This document shows, in pieces, positions 51,081 to 60,024 of a stretch of 64,000 bases of DNA (position 1 is its first letter; each line of letters starts with the position of its first letter). Made by a program: the position numbers and the translations under genes. The DNA comes from Bacteroidota bacterium. GTDB taxonomy: Bacteria; Bacteroidota; Ignavibacteria; Kryptoniales; JAKASW01. Under the pieces are notes generated by a model. That model was given only the letters and a program-made list of their open reading frames with translations. It searched no databases and was not told the DNA's origin. Location of the stretch: the NCBI GenBank assembly GCA_021789975.1, contig JAJYIT010000009.1:14557-78556 (forward strand), written 5' to 3'.

Positions 51081-53608
51081 AGGCTCTCCGCTACATCGTG
51101 ATATTTCTAGCCGCGTTTCCATTGAAGTTGGCGTTGGCGGGATATCTTCCCAATCCACAAACTCGCGGTGTTTGGATAAGTCAGAGCTATTTGACCGGCG
51201 GGGTCACCGGGATTGAAACCATGATAAGAAATTTGAGCAATGCAAACATCAATGTAATCTACGTTGAGGTTTACACTCACGGCGAGACCATATTCCCTAG
51301 CGCGGTAATGCAAAATGCGGGCGGGATTATTCAGAACCCGACGTTTGCAGGCACCGATCCACTCAAAACCGTAATCGATGTCGCCCACAAATATGGTATC
51401 CAGGTCTTTGCATGGTTCGCGAGCCCTTTCCTGTTGTCGCAGAGCAGTGATCCCACCCAGGTACCTTCGATTCTTTTGAGGCATCCCGAATGGACCGCCG
51501 TTCCTCGCGATACATCGGATAATTTCTTTCCGCCGAACGGCGGTTACGGTTATTCCTTTGGGATTGATCCAAGCATTGCAGGTGCAGCGAATTTCGTAAT
51601 TGATCTCGAAACAGAATGTGCAAGGAATTATCCCGATATCGATGGGATAGAGACTGACATCGAAAACGATACGACCGGTTGGTATGGCGATAGCACACGT
51701 GCACTCTTCATGATGGAAACCGGAAGCGCCGATCCACTGACCTTGCCTCCGACGGATCGTGCATGGTTTGCCTGGCGGCAGCTCCAGGTGACAAAGGTTG
51801 TCAGAAGAATTTATGGGAGTGTAAAGAGCGTAAATCCCAAATGCGTTGTCAGTGCGGCCGTACCACCACCTTATATGTCAAGCTACTCACTTGAAAATTG
51901 GTCTCTTTGGACAGATAGCGGCTACGTTGATGCGGTCGAGCCGATGCTTTATCTATCTTCCGGAAGTTTTGGCAGCGAATTGAGTGTATGCAGAACTTAC
52001 GTCCCAAACGGATTCGAGATGTTTCCCGGAGTAGACATTAGCACTGCCGGATCGTTTTCGAATGCACTTAATGAAATGAAGGATGCAGTTGCTGGAGACC
52101 CCGGATTGATTATTTGGTACTACGGATACCTGTTGTCTTCTCCAGGATCATTTGCCACTTTGAAATCAGACCTGTTCACAGTAAAAACGCTCCCGAGCTT
52201 CGACGACATAATAATTGACAATTACGGCGCTGGGGAGTTTCATACGACCGGATCATGGAGCACAGAACGCGGCGGGCTCGGCGGCTACGGTGGAACTTAC
52301 CTGTCTGCTGCGGCGGTACCAGGCGATACGGCGATCTTCTCGCAACGAATATTCAGGAGTGGCAGTTACGACTTGTATGGCTACTGGCCCGGTGATTCAT
52401 CGTCGAACTGTGCAGACGTCGTGGTACAGGCTGTGACAAATGAGTTCAGTAATGTCGACACCATCGATGAGAAATTTAACATTAGCGCATGGCATTATAT
52501 AGAAAACCTCTATCTGAACTCCGGTGAAACTGTGAACATAAAGTTGTACGGGAATGATGTCGGTAACCTGATTGCCAACGCATTCAGGCTGAGACGAGCC
52601 AATCAATTCTTGTTAAGTGATTATGCAGTTCAGGATAGCCAGATCGTCCTGCTCAAGTTCTCAAACCCCTTGCTTACCCCCGTGCCGCAAGTAACCTCCG
52701 TGTTCACGTCACTCGGGAAATCTAACATCAGTTTCTTCGTCGATCCTCTTGACAATACAATACTGCACGTTGTCGTTCCGCCGTTGCCTCAGGGCAAACC
52801 GTTTACTATGTACATTGGCAATCTCGTGGATGAGTCTTACGATACCTTAAAAGTCTCACAGGTGATGGATTATGATCCTGACAGTACTACGCTTGTAGCA
52901 GACGACCAGACTTCAAACTCGTTTATGAAGTTGTCGGGGGTTTGGATCCAGGACACGAGTTATTCAGCGATCAATGGTGAATATTGGCTTTCGCGACAGG
53001 GCTCGCAAATTTCGAAAGTCGAGTGGGGGCCGATCGATGTGACAAAAGATGGATACTATAATGTCTATGCCCATATTCCAAATACGCAGTTGCAGCTCTC
53101 CGGTCGATGCGCATATGTCGTAGAGAATGAGACAGGGGGCGATTCAGTTTATGCTTCCCAGGATTCAGGAAATGGTGGTTGGATAAATCTCGGGAACTTC
53201 CCATTTAGTCCGGGTGAGGAATCTGCGGTTTTCCTTTCTTCGTTGCCGGGAGCGAGTACGAGTCAATATGTTGTTGCGGATGCCGTGATGCTAACGAGGT
53301 CGGTTGAGATAACTGGTGTGAAGAAGCCGGTGGAGGCGATTTTGGAGAAATTCGCGCTCAGCAACAATTATCCGAATCCATTCAACCCGACGACGACTGT
53401 TGATATTAGCCTGCCTGAAAGCGGGATTATGAGTCTTAACATATACAACGTGCTTGGTCAACTGATCAAAGTCGTCGATGGCGGATACAAGTCCGCTGGT
53501 GACTACAATTATTTGGTCAACATGGATGGATTCGCGAGCGGCGTATACTTCTACAGACTTCAACAAGGCTCGGACGTGATAACAAAGAAGATGGAATTGC
53601 TCAAATGA
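51077..53608 (+). CDS. Secreted GHL10/DUF187-like protein with T9SS sorting domain (paralog B)
   Basis: Same architecture as paralog A (QTRGVWIS...NINVIYVEVYTHGETIFPS...AWFASPFL...DGIETDIEND). CTD NNYPNPFNPTTTV...IYNVLGQL...GVYFYRL...KMELLK. ATGA overlap with RCC1-B. Confidence 0.75.
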   Translation: MKALRYIVIFLAAFPLKLALAGYLPNPQTRGVWISQSYLTGGVTGIETMIRNLSNANINVIYVEVYTHGETIFPSAVMQNAGGIIQNPTFAGTDPLKTVIDVAHKYGIQVFAWFASPFLLSQSSDPTQVPSILLRHPEWTAVPRDTSDNFFPPNGGYGYSFGIDPSIAGAANFVIDLETECARNYPDIDGIETDIENDTTGWYGDSTRALFMMETGSADPLTLPPTDRAWFAWRQLQVTKVVRRIYGSVKSVNPKCVVSAAVPPPYMSSYSLENWSLWTDSGYVDAVEPMLYLSSGSFGSELSVCRTYVPNGFEMFPGVDISTAGSFSNALNEMKDAVAGDPGLIIWYYGYLLSSPGSFATLKSDLFTVKTLPSFDDIIIDNYGAGEFHTTGSWSTERGGLGGYGGTYLSAAAVPGDTAIFSQRIFRSGSYDLYGYWPGDSSSNCADVVVQAVTNEFSNVDTIDEKFNISAWHYIENLYLNSGETVNIKLYGNDVGNLIANAFRLRRANQFLLSDYAVQDSQIVLLKFSNPLLTPVPQVTSVFTSLGKSNISFFVDPLDNTILHVVVPPLPQGKPFTMYIGNLVDESYDTLKVSQVMDYDPDSTTLVADDQTSNSFMKLSGVWIQDTSYSAINGEYWLSRQGSQISKVEWGPIDVTKDGYYNVYAHIPNTQLQLSGRCAYVVENETGGDSVYASQDSGNGGWINLGNFPFSPGEESAVFLSSLPGASTSQYVVADAVMLTRSVEITGVKKPVEAILEKFALSNNYPNPFNPTTTVDISLPESGIMSLNIYNVLGQLIKVVDGGYKSAGDYNYLVNMDGFASGVYFYRLQQGSDVITKKMELLK

Positions 53609-56142
53609 AGAAAGCCTGCTTGATTGGAATATTTATTGTCGCAACTTTCGGAAAGAACGCGCTGGCGAAGAATTTTCCCGCACCTGAGACTCGCGGTGTC
53701 TGGATTAGTGAAGAGTATCTGACCGGTGGGCCGAGTGCAATTGAATCGGTAATTAGAAATGTGAGCGCCGCAAATTTCAATGTCATTTACGTTGAGGCGT
53801 ATGCTTACGGCTCCACTATTTATCCGAGCAACGTGATAAGCAATGCCGGCGGTGTCCTCCAAAACCAGTCGTTTGTAGGTTCTGATCCGATGAAGACGAT
53901 TATTCAAGTTGCTCACAGTTATGGTATAGAAGTCGTCGCATGGTTTGCCAGTCCATTCCTGATATCTCAGGGTGGAAGCCCGACTCAGGTGCCTTCGATT
54001 CTCGTTAAACACCCGGACTGGGCCGCGGTCCAGCGAGATACAACTAAACACTATTTTGGACCAAACGGCGCATATGGTTATTCTTTTGAAATTGATCCAT
54101 GTGTGCTTGCAGCTGCGAACTTCATGGTCAACCTCTTTACGGAATGCGCCAGGGATTACCCTCAGCTTGATGGGATAGAATCGGACATTGAGAATGACAC
54201 TACCGGCTGGTACGGAGATAGTACCCGAGCTCTCTTCATGAGAGAAACAGGGGAGGCGGATCCACTGACGCTCGCGCCCTGGGACCCAAGCTGGCTTGCT
54301 TGGCGACGACAGGAAGTAACCAATCTTGTTGCCAGGATTTACCAGGGCATCAAATCCGTAAACTCCCAATGTGTTGTAACTGCTGCTGTTGATCCACCTT
54401 ACTACGGGCAACAGTGGAAACTCGAATCCTGGGATGTGTGGTCGAAAAACAACTATGTCGACATGCTGGAACCTATGCTGTACATGTCGACATCTATCTA
54501 TGATTCTCAATTGGAATGGTGCATAGGGAACGTTCCATCTGGGTTCAGGTTGTCCGCAGGTATCGGGATTAGCTATGCTGGTTCGGTAGCCAACGCCATC
54601 TCTGAAATCCGGGATACGAGAGCGAAAGGAGTTACGGGAATTGTAATCTGGCATTATGGGAATTTGCTGTCCTATCCGGGTGCCCTGACGCAGCTGAAGA
54701 CACAAGCTTTCACTCAGAACACACTTCCGAGCTATGACGATCTTCTGATCGATGATGTGGGGCAGGGTCAGTTTCACACGACAGGCACATGGAACGCTGA
54801 AAGCGGAGGGTATGGAGGTACGTATCGATCAGCATCTGCCGTTCAAGGTGACACGGCGTTATTTTCCGAGAGAGTCCTTAGAAGCGGCAATTACGCTCTT
54901 TACGGCTACTGGTCCGGTGATTCGGTTTCTAATTGTTCACGCGCAACGGTTCAGACTACCACATCGACCGTGAGCAAGACTGATACGATCAATCAGAAAT
55001 TAAATTTGAACTCCTGGCAATACGTCGATACGTTCTACCTTAACTCCGGCGATACTGTTGACGTGAAGCTATCGGGCGTCGGCGGTGGAAATTTGATCGC
55101 AGACGCGTTTCAGTTAAGACGAAGCAATCCTTATATCCATTTTTCGCTGAACGATGATGCGGTTCCTGACAGTGAGTCAATCCTGTTGAAGTTTTCCGAT
55201 CCGCTTCTCACTCCACTGGCTTCGATAACATCGATTTCGACAACTCCGCCAGAGAGCGGTGTGAGTGCCTTTGTCGATGCAGGTGACAATACGATACTTC
55301 ACGTTGTGGTACCACCGATGCAACAGGGTGTGCCGTTGACCTTAAATGTGAGTAATCTTCTGGATGCATCGTATGACACATTGAGCTTTTCACAAGTTGT
55401 CACTTATGACCCTGACAGCACAACGTTTATCATAGATGACGCGACTCCAAATATGTTTTGGAAGCTATCGGGAGTCTGGAATCAAGACACGAGTGGATCG
55501 GCTGTCGGTGGTAACTATTGGATGGCGAAGCAGGGGGCGCAGGTAGATCGCGTGAGGTGGGGACCGCTCACGGTAGAGGAGAATGGCTACTATGACGCGT
55601 ATGTACAAATCCCGGAAAGCCGTTTGCCGTTGTCCATACGGTGCCTCTACATTGTCAACGACGAATTTGGCACCGACTCCGTATACGCTTCGCAGGCAGC
55701 TGCAGCTGGTACATGGATGAAACTTGGCAATCTACCATTTAGCGCTGGTGAGCAGTTTGCTCCGTCATTGACCTCTGTAGCTGGGTCCGACACTGGACAG
55801 TACCTTGTTGCGGATGCGGTAATGTTGACGAGGTCTGTAGAGTTTGCAACCGGCGTGCAGGGGGTTGCCAAAGAGTCGATGAAGTTCCAGCTCAGCCAGA
55901 ACTATCCGAACCCCTTCAACCCAACGACCGCAATTGAGTACACGATTCCGAAGTCGGGACAGCTTACGCTGAAAGTCTATGACATTTTGGGCAGAGCTGT
56001 AGAGACTCTCGTCGACAGGAATGAGAATGCGGGAGGACACATCGTTCAATTCGATGGGTCACGGTTTGCCAGTGGAGTTTATTTTTACGTATTGAGGACT
56101 GGCAATCTCGTAGCGATACATAAGATGCTGCTTCTGAAATGA
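53605..56142 (+). CDS. Secreted GHL10/DUF187-like protein with T9SS sorting domain (paralog C)
   Basis: Same architecture. It is the paralog closest to A: about 70% identity by eye over the first ~130 mature residues. CTD QNYPNPFNPTTAIEY...VYDILGRAV...GVYFYVL...KMLLLK. ATGA overlap with paralog B. Confidence 0.75.
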   Translation: MKKACLIGIFIVATFGKNALAKNFPAPETRGVWISEEYLTGGPSAIESVIRNVSAANFNVIYVEAYAYGSTIYPSNVISNAGGVLQNQSFVGSDPMKTIIQVAHSYGIEVVAWFASPFLISQGGSPTQVPSILVKHPDWAAVQRDTTKHYFGPNGAYGYSFEIDPCVLAAANFMVNLFTECARDYPQLDGIESDIENDTTGWYGDSTRALFMRETGEADPLTLAPWDPSWLAWRRQEVTNLVARIYQGIKSVNSQCVVTAAVDPPYYGQQWKLESWDVWSKNNYVDMLEPMLYMSTSIYDSQLEWCIGNVPSGFRLSAGIGISYAGSVANAISEIRDTRAKGVTGIVIWHYGNLLSYPGALTQLKTQAFTQNTLPSYDDLLIDDVGQGQFHTTGTWNAESGGYGGTYRSASAVQGDTALFSERVLRSGNYALYGYWSGDSVSNCSRATVQTTTSTVSKTDTINQKLNLNSWQYVDTFYLNSGDTVDVKLSGVGGGNLIADAFQLRRSNPYIHFSLNDDAVPDSESILLKFSDPLLTPLASITSISTTPPESGVSAFVDAGDNTILHVVVPPMQQGVPLTLNVSNLLDASYDTLSFSQVVTYDPDSTTFIIDDATPNMFWKLSGVWNQDTSGSAVGGNYWMAKQGAQVDRVRWGPLTVEENGYYDAYVQIPESRLPLSIRCLYIVNDEFGTDSVYASQAAAAGTWMKLGNLPFSAGEQFAPSLTSVAGSDTGQYLVADAVMLTRSVEFATGVQGVAKESMKFQLSQNYPNPFNPTTAIEYTIPKSGQLTLKVYDILGRAVETLVDRNENAGGHIVQFDGSRFASGVYFYVLRTGNLVAIHKMLLLK

Positions 56143-56324
56143 GGCTCGATAAAATCCGTTAGAGAGTAGATATAAGATGGTACAGACACATGTTGTCAAC
56201 GAGGTTATGGAAACTTAATGGCAGAAAAACCTTAAACTCCTGTCTTACTATGTACTCACTACACTGGCGTCACCACAGCGAAATGAATATGCTCGTTGGA
56301 GCTAACAAGAATAGGAGTAAGCTT

Positions 56325-58157
56325 ATGAAAGATTCTATTGTCTATTTAAGAAAACCCTACCGCACTCCAATAGCGATCTTTAGAATGGCATTTGTTTTCG
56401 CGATGTTGACCTATGCTCCTTTGCGCGCTCAACAAGTTATTGCGGGGCCGGATGGTTATTCGGGTTGCGCGATTGATGCGAGTGGTAATCTGTACACATG
56501 GGGAATCGATCAGTATTTTCAGACGGTTGTCAGCACCACTGCCGGCCACACACAGGATCTCTCGCCGGTCCAGGTTGGATTTCCCACTGGCGTGACGAGC
56601 TGGACATCAGCATCGGTAGGCTACCTCTTCACACTTGCAATCGGCAATGACGGGAATGCCTATGCCTGGGGTTTGAATTCCAACGGTCAACTGGGCAACG
56701 GCACCACAACGAATTCAAGTGTGCCGGTCATGGTTGCACTCCCAAGCGGGGTGACCGCGAAAGCCGTGGCTGCCGGAGAAGGTTTCTCTTTGGCTCTTGG
56801 CAGTGACGGAAACGTCTATGCATGGGGGCTTAACTCGCTCGGCCAATTGGGCGACAGCACGACGACAAATTCAAACTCACCTGTGATGGTCAAGTTACCC
56901 GGTGGAGTGTCAGTGAAGGCAATCTTTGCCGCTCCAGGATTCAGCCTGGCTCTGAGTACCGACGGAAGCATCTATGCCTGGGGAGGGAATTCCACGGGAC
57001 AATTGGGCGACAGCACGACGACAAACTCGACAATTCCCGTCAAGGTGGATTTGCCGACTGGAGTTACCGCAGAAGCGATTTCTGCCGGGTCTTCCTTCGG
57101 GTTGGCAATTGGCAGCGATGGAAATCTGTACTCTTGGGGGGGGAATGGCTTCGGACAATTAGGTGATGGGACAAAGACGAATTCCAGTGTCCCGGTCAAG
57201 GTTCACTTGCCAACTGGAGTTGGTGCCAAGGCAGTTACAGGCGGAAGACTTTTTGCAGCCGCAATTGGCAGCGATGGAAACATATACACCTGGGGCGACA
57301 ACTTATATGGTGAATTGGGTAACGGTACAGTTGATGTGCCAAAAAGTGACAGCTTGCCAGAGGCGATCCCCTTGCGAAAAGGAGTAACCGCACTGGGGAT
57401 TACCGCAATCCGCTGGTCCGGCTTCGTTCTCGGAAGTGACGACAGTGTTTATGCATGGGGGTACAATCAGGAAGCTGAACTTGGTCTCGGTTACGGAACC
57501 GGCGGTCCTAAGTACGCCGTTGGATCACCTGCAATCATCTCCGGTCTCGTCTTAGGTTCGCCGCTTAGCAATAATCCCGCCATACCTGTCCTCGTTTCGC
57601 CCTCAGCTGGCACAACAAGTATTCCGAGGAAAGCAACCCTGGTGTGGAATTCCTCCAGTCAGGCAACATCGTACCATCTGCAAATCTCTCCGAGTCCCGT
57701 TTTCACCACAATCACATTCGACACTACGATGGCCGATACATCCGTTAAACTATCTGCTCCTCTGACAGCTGAAACCTGGTACTATTGGCACGTCAGTGCT
57801 TCTGACACTTCCGGGTCGAGTGGCTTTTCCGCAGTGGACAGTTTTGAAACAGGGACGGGGATCGATGGGATAGATCAGCAAATGAACTTTCCGAGGCAAT
57901 TTGCACTTCTGCAGAATTATCCTAATCCTTTCAACCCGTCGACCGTAATCGGATACAACGTGGCTGCGCCAAGCATGGTCAGAATCAGCGTGTACAACGT
58001 GCTGGGTGAGAAAGTAGCGGCTTTGGTAGATGGGGTGATGCCGCCCGGTCAGTACACCCTCACCTTTGACGGAAGCAAGCTTGCCAGCGGACTGTACTTC
58101 TACCGCATGACGGCAGGACATTTCGTCTCCGTGAAAAAGTTTCTGCTTATGAAGTAG
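56325..58157 (+). CDS. Secreted RCC1-repeat beta-propeller protein with FN3-like module and T9SS sorting domain (RCC1-C)
   Basis: ATG 56325 is preceded by AGGAG. Signal peptide. The propeller is very similar to both halves of RCC1-A (TSWTSASVGYLFTLAIGNDGNAYAWGLNSNGQLGNGTTTNS). CTD QNYPNPFNPSTVIGY...VYNVLGEKV...GLYFYRM...KFLLMK. The track ORF starts at 56190. Confidence 0.85.
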   Translation: MKDSIVYLRKPYRTPIAIFRMAFVFAMLTYAPLRAQQVIAGPDGYSGCAIDASGNLYTWGIDQYFQTVVSTTAGHTQDLSPVQVGFPTGVTSWTSASVGYLFTLAIGNDGNAYAWGLNSNGQLGNGTTTNSSVPVMVALPSGVTAKAVAAGEGFSLALGSDGNVYAWGLNSLGQLGDSTTTNSNSPVMVKLPGGVSVKAIFAAPGFSLALSTDGSIYAWGGNSTGQLGDSTTTNSTIPVKVDLPTGVTAEAISAGSSFGLAIGSDGNLYSWGGNGFGQLGDGTKTNSSVPVKVHLPTGVGAKAVTGGRLFAAAIGSDGNIYTWGDNLYGELGNGTVDVPKSDSLPEAIPLRKGVTALGITAIRWSGFVLGSDDSVYAWGYNQEAELGLGYGTGGPKYAVGSPAIISGLVLGSPLSNNPAIPVLVSPSAGTTSIPRKATLVWNSSSQATSYHLQISPSPVFTTITFDTTMADTSVKLSAPLTAETWYYWHVSASDTSGSSGFSAVDSFETGTGIDGIDQQMNFPRQFALLQNYPNPFNPSTVIGYNVAAPSMVRISVYNVLGEKVAALVDGVMPPGQYTLTFDGSKLASGLYFYRMTAGHFVSVKKFLLMK

Positions 58158-58232
58158 GTGCATCCGCTCACGCTGGAAATATCAATGGAGAAGTTCGTTG
58201 AACGCGAACCGAATCAAGAAGGAGGGATACAA

Positions 58233-59729
58233 GTGTTGAATGTTGAACGTCCAGGACTAGCCACAAAGGGTCCCATTACAAACTTGCCGACTCAGTTGTT
58301 TGTATCGTCTCTGGTGTTAGCTCTGGTAATTTGCCTTTTACAGACAAGTCCCGCAAATGCCCAGGACAAAGGCATTCATAAGATCAAGCACATCATAATC
58401 ATCATGCAGGAGAATCGGTCATTCGACTCTTATTTCGGTACATTTCCCGGGGCGGACGGAATTCCGATGAAGGATGGAGTTCCGACTGTCGGCGTCCGTG
58501 ATCCGAAAACAGGCAAGATTGTCAGGCCGTACCATGATCCGGACGACCGCGATTTCGATGCCCCACATATGGCCGTAGATGCGTTTGCCGACGTAGACGA
58601 CGGCAAGATGGACGGCTTCCTCGCACAAGCCGAAAAAGAGTACAAGCGATTTCATAGGATGGTTTCCCTGAAGGATACCTATAAGCAACTTGGCTCTTCA
58701 AGTCTAAAGGGTTACAAGGAGATGATGTACACAAAGAATGGGAGACCGGTTGACAGAGTGCCATACCTTGATGCTATGGGATACCACGATCAGCGCGAAA
58801 TACCCAACTACTGGACCTACGCGAAAGACTTCGTCCTTCAGGACCACATGTTTGAGCCGATATTATCGTGGAGCTTTCCAACCCATCTTTTCATGGTCTC
58901 GGCATGGTGCGCGAACGCCGTCATACCGACTGACCCGATGTCCTGCGTGAGTGCACTTGAAAATGTACAGGATCGCACAGAAGATGACCCGGTTCCGTTC
59001 GCCTGGACTGACATAACCTATCTTCTTCATAAGGCTCACGTGAGTTGGGCTTACTATCTGGATGAAGACTCGCTGCTTCACAAGCCAGAATATAACTGGA
59101 TGGATATTCCAGACAAGACAGTGCCCACTATCTGGGATGTACTTCCTGGCTTCACAACTGTGCACGAAGATAGCCAGGTATCGAACGTACAGGTGATTGC
59201 AGATTTTTTCGAGGCGGCTAAGGAAGGAAAGTTGCCGAATGTATCGTGGGTAATTCCGAACTTCAAAGATTCTGAGCACCCACCATCTCTTATTAGCGTC
59301 GGTCAAGCATATGTTACCAGGGTCATGAATGCGATAATGAAAAGCCCTGACTGGAAGAGTTGCGCCATTTTTCTTTCGTGGGACGACTGGGGCGGATTCT
59401 ATGACCATGTCGCACCGCCAAGGGTTGACGAACTTGGGTACGGGATACGTGTTCCCGGGATCGTAATCAGTCCGTACGCCAAGAAAGGATATATCGACCA
59501 TCAGATACTCGGTCATGACGCGTATTTGAAATTCATCGAGGATGATTTTCTGGGCGGACAGAGGATTGATCCGAAGACAGATGGCCGTCCCGATTCGCGA
59601 CCCGATGTCAGGGAGAGTCTCCCGATACTTGGGAGCCTTGTCGAGGATTTTGATTTTTCGCAGCCCCCAAGGCCGGTGATGATTTTGCCACCCTTTCCGA
59701 AAAAGAGCGCATCAGATCCGGGGAAATAA
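58233..59729 (+). CDS. Phosphoesterase-family protein (phospholipase C / acid phosphatase AcpA type)
   Basis: [26 protein letters not shown] is the family's N-terminal signature, and later there is [20 protein letters not shown] 58233 with AAGGAGG 7 nt upstream was chosen; the longest ORF begins at 58158. Hydrophobic signal/anchor [15 protein letters not shown]. Confidence 0.75.
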   Translation: MLNVERPGLATKGPITNLPTQLFVSSLVLALVICLLQTSPANAQDKGIHKIKHIIIIMQENRSFDSYFGTFPGADGIPMKDGVPTVGVRDPKTGKIVRPYHDPDDRDFDAPHMAVDAFADVDDGKMDGFLAQAEKEYKRFHRMVSLKDTYKQLGSSSLKGYKEMMYTKNGRPVDRVPYLDAMGYHDQREIPNYWTYAKDFVLQDHMFEPILSWSFPTHLFMVSAWCANAVIPTDPMSCVSALENVQDRTEDDPVPFAWTDITYLLHKAHVSWAYYLDEDSLLHKPEYNWMDIPDKTVPTIWDVLPGFTTVHEDSQVSNVQVIADFFEAAKEGKLPNVSWVIPNFKDSEHPPSLISVGQAYVTRVMNAIMKSPDWKSCAIFLSWDDWGGFYDHVAPPRVDELGYGIRVPGIVISPYAKKGYIDHQILGHDAYLKFIEDDFLGGQRIDPKTDGRPDSRPDVRESLPILGSLVEDFDFSQPPRPVMILPPFPKKSASDPGK

Positions 59730-59775
59730 GATGCTTAACCCTGCTAGAGGTACGGCCGAAAACCCAATGCAAAAA

Positions 59776-59827
59776 GATCTCGACTTTGCCCGACAAAGTC
59801 GAGGTCTCGTTCCGACTTCGTCGGAAC
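59776..59827 (+). terminator. Two tandem stem-loops, possible terminator or RNA-processing site (no U-tract)
   Basis: The first stem is 13 bp (59776-59788 pairs with 59794-59806, with one G-U) around loop CCCGA. The second is 8 bp, GTTCCGAC/GTCGGAAC (59809-59827), around loop TTC. Confidence 0.3.
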
Positions 59828-60024
59828 TGATCAGACGGTTAGGCTTTTCGGCCAGGTGTCTGGAACAGTGACAAGCCAATGAAAGAAAAGCTTGCATTAT
59901 GAAGCCGTTGGCAAACTCCCCTAAGAGTAGTCACTCTGAGCGAGCATTACCGCAAAATGCGGGAATACGAGTCGAAGAGTGGGGATCCTTCGACTCCCTT
60001 TCGACAAGCTCAGAGCCGCTCAGG

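Noticed and set aside
50686-51216. A 176-aa plus-strand ORF spanning the RCC1-B/GHL10-B junction.
   Set aside because: It is out of frame with both well-supported genes and has a low-complexity composition.
53560-54777. A 405-aa ORF on the minus strand, one of the longest ORFs in the track.
   Set aside because: It is entirely antisense to GHL10 paralog C. It has no recognisable motifs and a low-complexity, Arg/Ser/Pro-rich composition. The equivalent antisense frames in paralogs A and B are broken into short pieces (for example 42734..42988 and 51107..51484), so it is not conserved. It is a chance open frame opposite a real gene.
58863-59516. A 217-aa minus-strand ORF.
   Set aside because: It is antisense to the phosphoesterase CDS, which carries the family signature motifs.
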